DNA of 64,000 bases from a bacterium (GTDB lineage: Bacteria > Patescibacteriota > Minisyncoccia > Phycocordibacterales > UBA2100): contig RFQR01000006.1 in assembly GCA_009924895.1 (NCBI GenBank), positions 1,800-65,799 on the forward strand, read 5' to 3'. Within the stretch, counting starts at the first letter, position 1. Each line of letters opens with the position of its first letter. The notes beneath the pieces are model-generated. The model searched no databases, was not told the DNA's origin, and saw nothing but the letters and a program-made list of their open reading frames with translations. The translations under genes and the position numbers were made by a program. Positions 54,237 through 64,000 of the stretch are shown piece after piece.

Positions 54237-55241
54237 TTAAGAGTGAAGAATATCGGGTAGTTGTGATTTCATATGTTCCAAAAATGCAGCGACACTTACA
54301 TCCCAGTGAATACCATCCGGGGCGAGATTTGGATATGCCATACCAAATCCCCATGCATCAGGAACATTTTTCAACTTTCCAGTCTTTCCATCATATTCCA
54401 ACGAAGACACGCTTTTTCCATCCATCATTAAAGAAATACTGCGAGGTTGAAATCCCATTGCATATATAGTCCATGTAGCATTTTGAGAACTACGAATCAC
54501 GTTTGATATGTCATGTGTTTGAACGAGTTTTACAGGTATTCTACCACTTACAATATCATCCGCTATGATTGCTGCTTCTGCTTTTATACCATCATAGTCT
54601 CCATTACGATCCCAATAAAATGGTTCTGCACTATTATAATACGCCACTATATCTGCACCCAAACTAGACAGATTCCGTATAACAAGGGTGCCGCTATGCA
54701 TTGTTCCAAAGACGAGGACACGGTCTGTCGGCTTTACATAATGTTGAAGGCGCGTGGCATCCAGGGCAATCTCAAGCGGAATAGAAGGGATTCCGAGATC
54801 TAATGTTTTCGGGTCACTTCCAGGCGCAAGAATAAGACGTTTGGATGTTATATGGGTTGTTTTTCCTAAAGACTGTATATCGAGTGTCCATGTATGTGAT
54901 TCCGAGTCATAGTTCGCTTGTAGAAGAGTTCCTTGGATGTGTTGTATTTTTTTGAAAAGAGGTAGGGCGAGCTTTCGAAGAAGATGCCCTATTTCGACGA
55001 GTTTTGTAGTATTTTCGTGCGGAGGCTCCAGTGCAAGGGAGGGACATGCCGTTTGTAACGCGCGAATTGTTTTGGACCAAGGCGTATTTGATTCAACTGC
55101 CGTCCAACGTCGGGATATATCGCCCCCGTCGAAATGGGGATCAATAATCGTTATATTGGATATGTCTATACCAGATTCATGGAGGAGGAGTAACATGCTA
55201 AGACCTGTTACTCCTGCGCCTACAATGCATACACTTGTCAT
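54237..55241 (-). CDS. FAD/NAD(P)-binding oxidoreductase (two Rossmann dinucleotide-binding motifs).
   Basis: MTSVCIVGAGVTGLS (GxGxxG) and RVLVFGTMHSGTLV. Confidence 0.55.
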   Translation of the reverse strand: MTSVCIVGAGVTGLSMLLLLHESGIDISNITIIDPHFDGGDISRRWTAVESNTPWSKTIRALQTACPSLALEPPHENTTKLVEIGHLLRKLALPLFKKIQHIQGTLLQANYDSESHTWTLDIQSLGKTTHITSKRLILAPGSDPKTLDLGIPSIPLEIALDATRLQHYVKPTDRVLVFGTMHSGTLVIRNLSSLGADIVAYYNSAEPFYWDRNGDYDGIKAEAAIIADDIVSGRIPVKLVQTHDISNVIRSSQNATWTIYAMGFQPRSISLMMDGKSVSSLEYDGKTGKLKNVPDAWGFGMAYPNLAPDGIHWDVSVAAFLEHMKSQLPDILHS

Positions 55242-55267
55242 TCTACTATACCGTGAAGTATCAAAAT

Positions 55268-55358
55268 TAATAACACTACCGTTTAATAGCACTGCCGTTT
55301 AATAGCACTGCCATTTAATATTTTATTTACTTATACTGCAAGTAAATAAAATATTAAA
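55268..55358. promoter_or_regulatory. 16-bp x 3 tandem repeat followed by a ~17-bp-stem AT-rich palindrome, between the 3' end of 55409..55924 and the 5' end of the oxidoreductase gene.
   Basis: aatagcactgccgttt units; taatattttatttact / agtaaataaaatatta inverted repeat. Confidence 0.5.
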
Positions 55359-55408
55359 CAGTATTGAGGCAATTCCCAACGTTCAGCACATCACACCTGT
55401 TGGCATGT

Positions 55409-55924
55409 TTATGCGGAATCCTCGGGTCCGGTTTTATTCCCGCCACGTCCTGCAATGTATTGGCGCTGCTGAGGAGTGGTGCATACACACCCGCCTCCAC
55501 AACTAAAACTGGCTCCACAGCACTCGGGCTTGCACTGATTATTTTTAAACATGAATAAGTTATCTGCGTCGGGTTTAAACTCAGCCCCCATCAAAGGTTC
55601 ATTAGGTGCCGTATATCTCCAACTAGAACTGTTATTGCCGGTAGATAGTTTTATACCATCAAAGGCCCCAACAGGGCTATACTTCTCCTTTGCCCCGCCC
55701 GCGTTTTCCAAAAAATAGGAACTGAACCCTTCGTAGTTCTCGCCCTCGTTCTCGTTCTCGTTGTAGTTGTAGTTCTCGTTCTCGTTCTCGTTCTCGTTGT
55801 AGTAGTTCTCGTTCTCGTTGTTATTGGGCACAAACCCCTCCATGCCTCGAGGATAATAATATACCATCATCACATTTGCAATCAAAATAAGAAGTAATCC
55901 AGAAATTAACACAGCAGTCCTCAT
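55409..55924 (-). CDS. Signal-anchored protein with a (NEN)n repeat and a Cys-rich C-terminal knot.
   Basis: Hydrophobic N-terminus, NENENYNYNENENE, CKPECCGASFSCGGGCVC. Confidence 0.45.
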   Translation of the reverse strand: MRTAVLISGLLLILIANVMMVYYYPRGMEGFVPNNNENENYYNENENENENYNYNENENEGENYEGFSSYFLENAGGAKEKYSPVGAFDGIKLSTGNNSSSWRYTAPNEPLMGAEFKPDADNLFMFKNNQCKPECCGASFSCGGGCVCTTPQQRQYIAGRGGNKTGPEDSA

Positions 55925-55952
55925 TACCGATTCTTCTCAGGGGTGATTTTTT

Positions 55953-56459
55953 CTACGAGACTCCTTTAATACCAAAAGTATTACGAACCCAATCTCGATC
56001 TTCTTGAAACACTTTGGACGCCTTTGGAACAACCGTATGTGTAAGTTTTGCTACCGCATCCAACTTTCGAAAGACTCCAAGCGATGAATATTCATCGATC
56101 GCCTTCTTAAGAGCTGCGCGCCGAGTAGACTTTGCAATACGAAACGAATATCCGTATTTAGCCAACTCACCCTTTCGGAGAGGCCCAAATAGTTTTGCAC
56201 TTTTGCGAGTTTTCGCCTCTCCCGTATTTTTAACGCAACGTGATTCCACATACATATTCTTATTTGTTGGATGCACACGATATTCTTTTCCCATAGAGCG
56301 TTTTACTGTAAATCCCCTTTGCCGAACAGCCGTAGAATAATGCCGTGTATAGCCCTTTCGAAAAATTTGACCCGGAGGGCATTCATTCGAAAGACTTCGA
56401 ATACTTGGAATCCCCTTCAGAATCTGCCGGGCGTGTTTACGAAGTGTCTTGGCTCCCAT
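55953..56459 (-). CDS. Basic hypothetical protein.
   Basis: 168 aa, K/R-rich. Confidence 0.4.
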   Translation of the reverse strand: MGAKTLRKHARQILKGIPSIRSLSNECPPGQIFRKGYTRHYSTAVRQRGFTVKRSMGKEYRVHPTNKNMYVESRCVKNTGEAKTRKSAKLFGPLRKGELAKYGYSFRIAKSTRRAALKKAIDEYSSLGVFRKLDAVAKLTHTVVPKASKVFQEDRDWVRNTFGIKGVS

Positions 56460-56898
56460 CTACTTTTCTATTAGGAATAATAACACTATTCACAGGGGTA
56501 TGATTGGATATATGTGCATTAATCAAAGATGGATTTAAGGTATAAGGATATATTCGTAAATCCTGCTCCGCATAATACATTAAATCATCCTTTAATGATG
56601 GATCCGCGCGTAGTGCTGGAAATATGCCGTATTTTTCAAATGCAAAATATAGTAGCTTTATATCTTCATTGACATTCGTAGGTATCTCTCCATTCGCTTG
56701 AATAACATTTAGTAAACTAATATATATGTTATCCAGTGTATGAATGACATGTGTCATAACATTTTCTACATTTTGCCTATCATCATCTTTAACATATGTA
56801 TGATTAATATCTACATATGATTTCTTAATATCCGCTATAAGACTTCGAAACTGTGCCACGACTGGATTTGGCGGAGTCTCTGCAACAGGATTCTCCAT
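56437..56898 (-). CDS. Hypothetical protein.
   Basis: 153-aa ORF. Confidence 0.4.
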   Translation of the reverse strand: MENPVAETPPNPVVAQFRSLIADIKKSYVDINHTYVKDDDRQNVENVMTHVIHTLDNIYISLLNVIQANGEIPTNVNEDIKLLYFAFEKYGIFPALRADPSLKDDLMYYAEQDLRIYPYTLNPSLINAHISNHTPVNSVIIPNRKVDGSQDTS

Positions 56899-57128
56899 GT
56901 TTCTATCACCCCATTACGTAAAAAATAAAAGAATAAAATACGGGCTTCTATAAATGCCCATATCCGGCAACCAAGGACCCCGCGATACAGGACCCTCGAT
57001 AGAAGAATCGATTCGTGATGCGGAAACTCGCACACTTGATTTTCCCGCCACCGAACGAGCAAACTATGTGCGTGCAATGGCACATCGTATCCAAGAACTT
57101 CAAGCATCAAACCGGACACTAGAAGATA

Positions 57129-58499
57129 TCAAGTCCCTTCTACCCGAGTTTGTGCGCGAATATCCTCATTTATTTGAAACACTGACGGCGCCTGACTACG
57201 ATCCTTCGACTCTTCAGGTAATGTTGACAATGCTGGAACGGATGGGCAATGGGAGTCTGAATCATCATCAAGCAACGGTAATTGTGGGGAAGCGTTTAGC
57301 ACAGAAGTATATACGACCGGATGGATCTTCATAGGCTGTAGCATAGTAGATGGAATATGAAATCGTTGACACCACGCAAGACTTGTCTGGAAATCAATAT
57401 GCATTTGATGCGCATACCACGCGGTAGGGTCGTTCGCATAGCATTCAGCAAGTGTAATAGCCCTTACTTGTTCTTTACGAGTGTAATCAACATGTTCCAG
57501 AATATATGTATACTCCTTTTCATCTAACCATACATTTTGAAGCGGGTATAGCCCCGCTGTATGTTTTTCTTGAAACTCTAACAACACTTTCAACACGTTG
57601 TTCGTCAATCCTACAAAATCATGGCCTAAAAAATAGCGTTCCGAGTTACATGGGCGAGACAAACTTGGCTTATATAATGTCCATTTCTTAAAACATCTCC
57701 CCAATATCGCTATAAGAGCCATGGTAGATTCGGAAAATATATCAAAGAACTTAAGCACAAAAGACCCCCCTATATGAAGACAACGTATACCAATCGTTGC
57801 CGAGCAAACTAATAGATTATATACGCGCTGTTCTTGAACATCATAATCAATACTAAAATCGAACCCACCATCGGCCGTATATAAATGCACTCCAGGCGCA
57901 GTGGCTTCTATAAACGAGTTTTGATTCAGTATCTCATACACATTTCCTGTTCCATCCGCACCATAGTGAAGTCTTACTTCACGATGTTGATGTAGAAAAT
58001 GAGAAGCACGACGCCACCCTGGGACATGCGGATCTGTCGGCTTTAATGTCATAGCCGTCGCATTCTGTAATATTTTCTTATTGCGCAATACAGTGTCTGT
58101 AATGGCCTGGATAAACCCACCCGGTCCTTCTGCTACATGGGCCGTACGAATCTTAGGAGCCTGCTTGGGAAGAGATTCATAAAAACGAAGAACGTCTAAC
58201 ATTTCTATCATTTTGAAATATGAGCGACTGAGAGGTTTTAGAACCGCAATAGAGGGATGAAAATGCCCCGTTTCATGTGTATATACCATTTCATAGGGGT
58301 TTACCATTTTTTTCACAAGTTCCCATCGATGTTTTGATTCTAAAAAAGAAATCCGCTGTTTGGCGGTTTGAATGTCTGCCGGTTGCGCATCTTTCCATGG
58401 ACCATATGAGATTTGCTCAGGAATAGGACATAGAATACGATCCTGCCACTGTGGAGATAACCAAGGTGGCTTTATCGGGTGTGCGTGACTCATACTCAT
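57129..58499 (-). CDS. RrmJ/FtsJ-like methyltransferase, a candidate mRNA cap 2'-O-methyltransferase (CMTR1-like).
   Basis: AHVAEGPGGFIQAI (SAM motif), LYTADGGFD, a downstream K and E consistent with the K-D-K-E tetrad. Confidence 0.5.
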   Translation of the reverse strand: MSMSHAHPIKPPWLSPQWQDRILCPIPEQISYGPWKDAQPADIQTAKQRISFLESKHRWELVKKMVNPYEMVYTHETGHFHPSIAVLKPLSRSYFKMIEMLDVLRFYESLPKQAPKIRTAHVAEGPGGFIQAITDTVLRNKKILQNATAMTLKPTDPHVPGWRRASHFLHQHREVRLHYGADGTGNVYEILNQNSFIEATAPGVHLYTADGGFDFSIDYDVQEQRVYNLLVCSATIGIRCLHIGGSFVLKFFDIFSESTMALIAILGRCFKKWTLYKPSLSRPCNSERYFLGHDFVGLTNNVLKVLLEFQEKHTAGLYPLQNVWLDEKEYTYILEHVDYTRKEQVRAITLAECYANDPTAWYAHQMHIDFQTSLAWCQRFHIPSTMLQPMKIHPVVYTSVLNASPQLPLLDDDSDSHCPSVPALSTLPEESKDRSQAPSVFQINEDIRAQTRVEGT

Positions 58500-58523
58500 A
58501 GAATGTAATAAAGCCTTATACCC

Positions 58524-61500
58524 TTACTCTTCTGCATCTACAATCGTAATCTCCATATCAGGTTCATCCATCAGAACGGCTCTTTGTGGCATAGCAATAT
58601 TCATGCGCAGACGAGCGGTCGAGCACATGTCATCCGTGTCTTCATGTAACTCTTGATTAATCTGTTCCTGCGTAGGTCCCTCATCCTCGTCCTCAAATCC
58701 TTCCAATGGTGTCATACCCTCCTGGAGACGCATATACGCCGACTCATCGAATAGCACCTCAAAGAATCCTGTGCCTCCACGAATCGGTTGCCCCATCATA
58801 ATATTCGCTGAAATACCTGTCACTGGATCAATTTCTCCAAAGAGGGCGGCGCGTAACAGAATCTTTTCCGTTTCCTCAAAGGATGCTTTCGCTAAAGGCC
58901 CAATATCCATTTTGTTAATACCATATCGGTCGACCGACATAAGGCGTCCTGCACGCGTCATTACATCACACAGGAGTCCCAGATGCCTAGAGTTTACACC
59001 CGCCTCTTCAAAGAGAGTCGTAATCTCCTGAATAAGTGTAGACCTCGTCGCCTCAATACCCAGATGTTCGTATACGTCGTGCACATGACTACTTGTAAGC
59101 TTCAACCCATCCACATAGGGGTGATTCATAACCGCAAGAAAGTTGGTGCCATCCGTATCTAACACATATTGCGTTACCTGCTTATAGACGCGCTCTTCTG
59201 TATTATATTCCAGCGTGTCCTTGTCCTGGCGAAAGTTAACAGCCTTGATTCCAGGAACGCCGCGAATCACAATCCCTGTTAGCAATCTATTTTGTAGCTT
59301 CTTGAGGGCCAGTAAATCGTCCATACCCGAGTTCATCTCAGGAGGAATGCGCACACGCATAATCAGGCGCTGCGAGTTATAATCACTATAGACCAAGTTA
59401 ATCGCTGTCCCGAACTTCTGTCGGAGCACAAAGGCTATATCATCCATACTAATATTTTTCATGAACATGCGCTCCCTATCAAGCTCTAAGCGGAGCATGA
59501 GCCGGCTCCAAATGGCCTTTTGTTCCTCCCCCGCCTCTCCAAACTTGGGCACAGGTGCCGCATCAGGTTCCATTTCCGCCTCAAACGCTTTATAGAACTT
59601 AATGAGGTCACGATCCTCCTCAAGCACCGACGTGGAATCGTCCGGGTCATAATAGATTGCCGCTTTGACTGTAATATCTTTTAGAAGCGTAAGCTCCAAA
59701 TCTTGCGCGACTTTTCTAGCCTTCTCTTTGGAATCACGAATCTCAGGCTTCAAGCTTATGGTGAGAGAAATCGCCTTGGGATTCTGCGTAACCTTGAGCA
59801 ACTCCTTCAACCGTGGCACACCTCGTGTGACATTCGACTTGGCAGCTACACCAGCTAAATGAAACGTATTGAGCGTCATCTGTGTCGATGGCTCGCCAAT
59901 ACTCTGTGCCGCGATGATACCCACCTGCTCCCCAGGCTGCGCCCACCCCTGCCAGTTCTTCACAACAATCATCTCACAGACTGTATCAAATGCCTTGCGT
60001 GTGAGGCGCTCCTTCAGAACCACCTTGTGAGGGGCCAAATAGAAGCGAAGAAGGGCCGCCCAGAGTTTATGATACGACTGTGTCCTCTGAATCAGCTTTT
60101 CAATACCCTGTAGAACATAGAGGGGTGTCAAATCCGTCGCCGCCTTTTTATCCAGGCGAAAACTCGTTATGACATTTATTAAGACGCGGTCAATATTCAC
60201 AGATGCAAACAGCCCTACATCCTGTCTCGACCGTTGCACTCCCTCCACGAGCATCTTGCGATCGTCTAAAACCTGCTCCGCAAAAGCTTTCAGAACCGCG
60301 GCATCCTCCCCACGAAGAGTGCCCTCTGCCAAGACACTTGTCATATCCGCGACAGTCATTCCATACTCCCGTAGAATCTCTTCGTCACTTAGTTTCCCAA
60401 GACCCAGGCTCGCAGACTCAATCTTGGTCGCATTGATTCCATCCTCCCCATATTTGAATTGTGCAATATTCATACGACTGTCTCGGACGGAACCATCGTA
60501 TTGGACGGTTAAATCTTCCATGGCCTTGACGAGCTGTCGCTGGATATAGCCTGTGTCGGCGGTATCATAGACTTGAAGGCCATTCGCCAAACCAAATGTG
60601 AATGTTCCAGGCACTGTCAAATCATATAACTTAGGATACTTTTCTAGACCAACAGGTGTAATCTCCACAATTTCATCTAGAACTACATCCTTCTGGAATG
60701 GGAAGTTACGATGCTCAGAAGAAGCCTTTAGAGCCAGTAGTTTTGTATTCTTCGCATCATCCATGAGACGTATCTTATCTGCGAATCGTTTCGCCCATTG
60801 AGCCCTGATCGATAGGCGGTAGCTTGGTTGAATAACCTCCGTGCCAAGATTATTGCTTGTAAGTTGGGACTCAAACACCTTTGCAAAGATACCAAGACGA
60901 CTCAATAGCATATTGATGCCCTCAATCAAATCCTTGGAAGCAGAACCGACTTCCACCGAGTTATCCGACACAGAACCATCTCCAGAGAAATAGCCATCAA
61001 GAAGTGCCACTATGAAATGTTCAGGCGCTGCAAAGGACTCCGCAGGAACACGCTTATTGGATGCTCCATGCCCAACCAAGAGGTCTAGGAACTTGGCTAA
61101 GACAGTGGAATAGCCACGCACGGTAGTAGTCACACCCCCTATTGCGTTGAGCTTTACATATTCGGTAGTCTTTACACGCTGACTCTCAAACCAGTCATGA
61201 ACGAACTGACAGATTGCCGAATTGTTGTTCGTAATAGCTATATATCCACTCGTCACATCCACATTACCCTCCGCAAGGAACAGGCCCAGGAAACGGCCAT
61301 TCTCTTCACTCATGGTGAACTCATCGGGAATGCGCGCGTGGTCACGGTTGGTAGTAAAGGGATAGACATATCCACGAAGTATATTATCCGTCTTAGAACG
61401 TGTGAGTGTTCGCACAAAGCGCCCTTTATTCTCGTAAGGAAGCGTGAAGGCCTTGCCATTGTTTTCATCCCACCAGCCGCCAGGAATGTGCTCGCGATCC

Positions 61501-64000
61501 AGCATTGCCTCCGCCACGGCCTCTTGAGCTACCAGGAAATCAGTTCCATAGAGATAGACATCCTTTGATAGATACTTGGCAAGAGAAATGGACTGACAAA
61601 CGACTGGAGGTGCTACTAGTTGCATGGTGACTGGCATACAATGCCCAGGACGCACCTCAAGTGTATCCATCTTCTCAAATGTCTTTGTTTCGCTGCGCCA
61701 AATCAAGAGGGACTTGGATTCAGGGACAATCACGGAACGACCACCCAATGTCTTCACTTCATAGAGCTGTTTCCCAGGGTCATGGCGAGTGACTGCCGCT
61801 ACAGAACCCCATGATACAGATCCCTCTGCTGTCACTGTAGGAATGAACGTATTCGATGATAGTTGTAGCATTTCAAGTTCGTTATCCTCAGGGAAATGCT
61901 CAATATCGCCCATCTTTGCACCCCTCATATGCGCATCAATCCAGTCCCCAATTGCTACACACTTTGTCAGACCCTCTTCCATCACCACAATCTTCGTATC
62001 ACCTGTCACAGACTTTACAGCTGTATCAATCAGACCCTCACGACCTGACATGGCATGAAAGAAGAACTCCTGTGGCGTCAGACCCTGTATAAAGCTGCTC
62101 TCCACAAAGCCCCTCGCCTCAGCACCATCATCATACTTCTTGAAATGTGGCAAAGTCCTATCGGAGAACCCATACGGAATACGCTTTCCTTCAGGCGCCT
62201 GTTGTCCCACACAAGCCATCATCTGCGAAATATTAATGGTGCTACCCTTGGAACCCGCTCGCACCATTGCCACTAGACGGTTCTCGTCCGAAAGCGCTCC
62301 CAAGCCAATCTTGCCCGACTCCTCCGTCGCCTTATTCAGCTCTGTAAACACTTTATCTTCAAACTCCTGTTGATTTGTCTTTCCCGTATTGTTATCAAAG
62401 AGATCTAAATGAATCTGGAGGAGAATATTCTCAATCGCCGCCTTACGCTTCTTCACCACTTCCTCCATCTGTTTCCGAGTATCTTCATCGGCAATCAAAT
62501 CCGAAATACCCACGGAGAACCCATTATACACCAGAAACTGCTCCACCGTATTTTGCATACTGTCAATAAAGTTCACAGTGTCTTTGGGGCCATGGTCGCG
62601 ATATGTCACGTGCACAACACCCTTTGAAGGCTTTGAGAATATATCCTTATCAAAGATTCCCTGCTCCACCACACCTTCCCGAATTTTCACATAGTTTTCC
62701 TGGCTCTTATTATCCTTATAGAGACCATTCCCCATTTCCAGATTAATAGGCGGCATCAACTGCGTAAGAACTTGTTGACCCGTCCAACGAGACGACTTTC
62801 CCTCTACAACTTTCCCCCCCTTTGGCACCACACCTTCAAAACGCTTATTCCACATCATCATGTTCATAAACTCTCGACGATTGAAATCCACTTGTGGACG
62901 TGTCATTCGATAGGAACCCACCAACGAGTCTTGCACAATACCAATCAACGGCTTTGCGTGACGAGGTGTCACAATCTGATGAGGAACCGCCGCAATCTCT
63001 GCCAGCTCCGTAGAAGCCTCGTAGGACTGGGGGATATGCGCATTCATCTCATCGCCGTCAAAATCCGCATTATAGGGTGCTGTTACGGACACATTCAGGC
63101 GGAAAGTATTATACGGCAATACCTTGACCCGGTGGCCCATCATAGACATCCTGTGGAGAGTAGGTTGCCGGTTGAAGAGGATGATATCTCCGTCGTCCAA
63201 ATGCCTATTCACCACATCACCCAGCTTCAGCACAATCTCTCTCGTATTCACATGCTTCAATGAAATCATGCGGCCATCGGGGCGCACGATAGTCTTTGCG
63301 CCAGGGTGTTTATCCGCCCCATTTTGGATTAGTTTATACATCTGCTCTCGATTATAGGGCGTTACCTTCTCAGGCACCGTCAGATTCAGGGCAATCTTCA
63401 GCGGAACGCCAATCTCCGCAATAGACAAGTTCGGATCCGGCGTAATCACAGAACGCGCTGAAAACTCCACACGCTTCCCCTGAATATTGTAGCGAATACG
63501 CCCCTCCTTTGAACCCAGGCGCTGCTGCACAGACTTCAAGGGGCGTCCTGAACGCTGGGCAGAAGGAGCCACGCCAGGAATCTGATTGTCCACAAGAGTC
63601 GCAATATGATATTGTAGAACCGTGTGCTCATCTTCAATCAAGTTCTTCGCGGCATTATTATTAATCTTATCATTCAGACGCTGGTTCGTCGAGATGATTT
63701 CAAAGAGCTTGTGTGTCAAATCATCTTCCGAGCGCTGATTGTTGTCTTGGATGACAGAGGGACGCACTTGAGGAGGAGGAATAGGAAGCACGGAACAAAT
63801 CATCCAATCCGGGCGACACCAATATCGATTGAGGCCCATGAAATCCACATCCTCATCCGTCATACGACGAAAGAGGCGGAGCACATACTCCACCTCGAGA
63901 ACCTGACTCACCATTTCGGGTTTCTCCTGACCGGGATTTGTCAAACTGCTTGTCCATTCGGCAGTGATACGTGCAATCCCATCACGTGTATAACGGTCCG
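58524..64000 (-). CDS. RPB1: DNA-directed RNA polymerase largest subunit (RPB1), N-terminally truncated by the window edge, interrupted by an intein.
   Basis: RPDWMI...VLPIPPPQVRPS, NADFDGDEMN (catalytic), GREGLIDTAVK | intein | TADTGYIQRQLVKAMEDLTVQYDGSVRDS. The minus-strand frame is still open at nt 64000. Confidence 0.95.
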   Translation of the reverse strand, partial: DRYTRDGIARITAEWTSSLTNPGQEKPEMVSQVLEVEYVLRLFRRMTDEDVDFMGLNRYWCRPDWMICSVLPIPPPQVRPSVIQDNNQRSEDDLTHKLFEIISTNQRLNDKINNNAAKNLIEDEHTVLQYHIATLVDNQIPGVAPSAQRSGRPLKSVQQRLGSKEGRIRYNIQGKRVEFSARSVITPDPNLSIAEIGVPLKIALNLTVPEKVTPYNREQMYKLIQNGADKHPGAKTIVRPDGRMISLKHVNTREIVLKLGDVVNRHLDDGDIILFNRQPTLHRMSMMGHRVKVLPYNTFRLNVSVTAPYNADFDGDEMNAHIPQSYEASTELAEIAAVPHQIVTPRHAKPLIGIVQDSLVGSYRMTRPQVDFNRREFMNMMMWNKRFEGVVPKGGKVVEGKSSRWTGQQVLTQLMPPINLEMGNGLYKDNKSQENYVKIREGVVEQGIFDKDIFSKPSKGVVHVTYRDHGPKDTVNFIDSMQNTVEQFLVYNGFSVGISDLIADEDTRKQMEEVVKKRKAAIENILLQIHLDLFDNNTGKTNQQEFEDKVFTELNKATEESGKIGLGALSDENRLVAMVRAGSKGSTINISQMMACVGQQAPEGKRIPYGFSDRTLPHFKKYDDGAEARGFVESSFIQGLTPQEFFFHAMSGREGLIDTAVKSVTGDTKIVVMEEGLTKCVAIGDWIDAHMRGAKMGDIEHFPEDNELEMLQLSSNTFIPTVTAEGSVSWGSVAAVTRHDPGKQLYEVKTLGGRSVIVPESKSLLIWRSETKTFEKMDTLEVRPGHCMPVTMQLVAPPVVCQSISLAKYLSKDVYLYGTDFLVAQEAVAEAMLDREHIPGGWWDENNGKAFTLPYENKGRFVRTLTRSKTDNILRGYVYPFTTNRDHARIPDEFTMSEENGRFLGLFLAEGNVDVTSGYIAITNNNSAICQFVHDWFESQRVKTTEYVKLNAIGGVTTTVRGYSTVLAKFLDLLVGHGASNKRVPAESFAAPEHFIVALLDGYFSGDGSVSDNSVEVGSASKDLIEGINMLLSRLGIFAKVFESQLTSNNLGTEVIQPSYRLSIRAQWAKRFADKIRLMDDAKNTKLLALKASSEHRNFPFQKDVVLDEIVEITPVGLEKYPKLYDLTVPGTFTFGLANGLQVYDTADTGYIQRQLVKAMEDLTVQYDGSVRDSRMNIAQFKYGEDGINATKIESASLGLGKLSDEEILREYGMTVADMTSVLAEGTLRGEDAAVLKAFAEQVLDDRKMLVEGVQRSRQDVGLFASVNIDRVLINVITSFRLDKKAATDLTPLYVLQGIEKLIQRTQSYHKLWAALLRFYLAPHKVVLKERLTRKAFDTVCEMIVVKNWQGWAQPGEQVGIIAAQSIGEPSTQMTLNTFHLAGVAAKSNVTRGVPRLKELLKVTQNPKAISLTISLKPEIRDSKEKARKVAQDLELTLLKDITVKAAIYYDPDDSTSVLEEDRDLIKFYKAFEAEMEPDAAPVPKFGEAGEEQKAIWSRLMLRLELDRERMFMKNISMDDIAFVLRQKFGTAINLVYSDYNSQRLIMRVRIPPEMNSGMDDLLALKKLQNRLLTGIVIRGVPGIKAVNFRQDKDTLEYNTEERVYKQVTQYVLDTDGTNFLAVMNHPYVDGLKLTSSHVHDVYEHLGIEATRSTLIQEITTLFEEAGVNSRHLGLLCDVMTRAGRLMSVDRYGINKMDIGPLAKASFEETEKILLRAALFGEIDPVTGISANIMMGQPIRGGTGFFEVLFDESAYMRLQEGMTPLEGFEDEDEGPTQEQINQELHEDTDDMCSTARLRMNIAMPQRAVLMDEPDMEITIVDAEE
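60564..62012 (-). mobile_element. 483-aa intein with a LAGLIDADG homing-endonuclease domain inserted in RPB1.
   Basis: The N-terminal block SVTGDTKIVVMEEGLTKCVAIGDWI aligns with the VMA1 intein CFAKGTNVLMADGSIECIENI. LAGLIDADG motifs LGLFLAEGN and IVALLDGYFSGDGS. The C-terminal block FGLANGLQVYD|T aligns with VMA1 FLLANQVVVHN|C. Confidence 0.75.

Noticed and set aside
53674-54240. 188-aa + strand ORF antisense to the Link-domain gene.
   Set aside because: It is built from the (gatccactcgca)n repeat read on the opposite strand. The minus-strand gene has the coherent TM and Link architecture.
56954-57334. 126-aa + strand ORF overlapping the 3' 200 nt of the 2'-O-methyltransferase-like gene.
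   Set aside because: It is convergent with a 205-nt overlap on a longer motif-bearing ORF and has no features of its own. It is kept only as very low confidence and is not listed as a feature.

Overview
This 64-kb window is a gene-dense segment of a giant-virus (Nucleocytoviricota, NCLDV) genome with roughly 45–48% GC. About 55 protein-coding genes lie on both strands with short intergenic spacers.

Recognisable NCLDV core and hallmark genes:
- DNA topoisomerase II.
- PCNA.
- A large RFC-subunit-like AAA+ ATPase.
- Two D6/D11-family SNF2-like helicases: a VETF-S-like one and an NPH-I-like one.
- A Rad5/16-like SNF2 helicase with an embedded RING.
- A double-jelly-roll major capsid protein whose N-terminus resembles PBCV-1 Vp54 and mimivirus MCP.
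- An Erv1/ALR thiol oxidase.
- A Nudix decapping-type hydrolase.
- A trifunctional mRNA capping enzyme.
- A cap 2'-O-methyltransferase-like protein.
- An Rpb7-like protein.
- The 3' four-fifths of RNA polymerase largest subunit (RPB1), which runs off the right edge of the window.
- A 1882-aa protein with a vaccinia A7L-like PCCF motif, a candidate VETF-L.

Accessory content:
- An eIF4E-like cap-binding protein.
- A PP2C phosphatase.
- A SprT-like metalloprotease.
- A PD-(D/E)xK nuclease.
- A glycosylation toolkit: a GT23-like fucosyltransferase, a GT2, a TylF/CmcI-like methyltransferase and an FAD oxidoreductase.
- Two ankyrin-repeat proteins.
- A Link (hyaluronan-binding) module protein.
- A tandem array of four membrane-anchored LamG/ConA-like paralogs immediately downstream of the MCP.

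Most notable observations:
- RPB1 is interrupted by a 483-aa Hint/LAGLIDADG intein with a non-canonical YD/T C-terminal junction.
- The capping enzyme carries a C-terminal NADAR (YbiA-like) domain fusion.
- Exact AAAATTGA motifs sit about 30 nt upstream of several start codons, and AT-rich hairpins follow convergent gene ends. Both resemble mimivirus-type transcription signals, but the family placement remains open.
- There are several coding and non-coding tandem repeats, one ~0.8-kb AT-rich compositional island, and a duplicated 3'-end module shared by two adjacent genes.

Every call is from reading the six-frame translations and the DNA directly. No database search was run.
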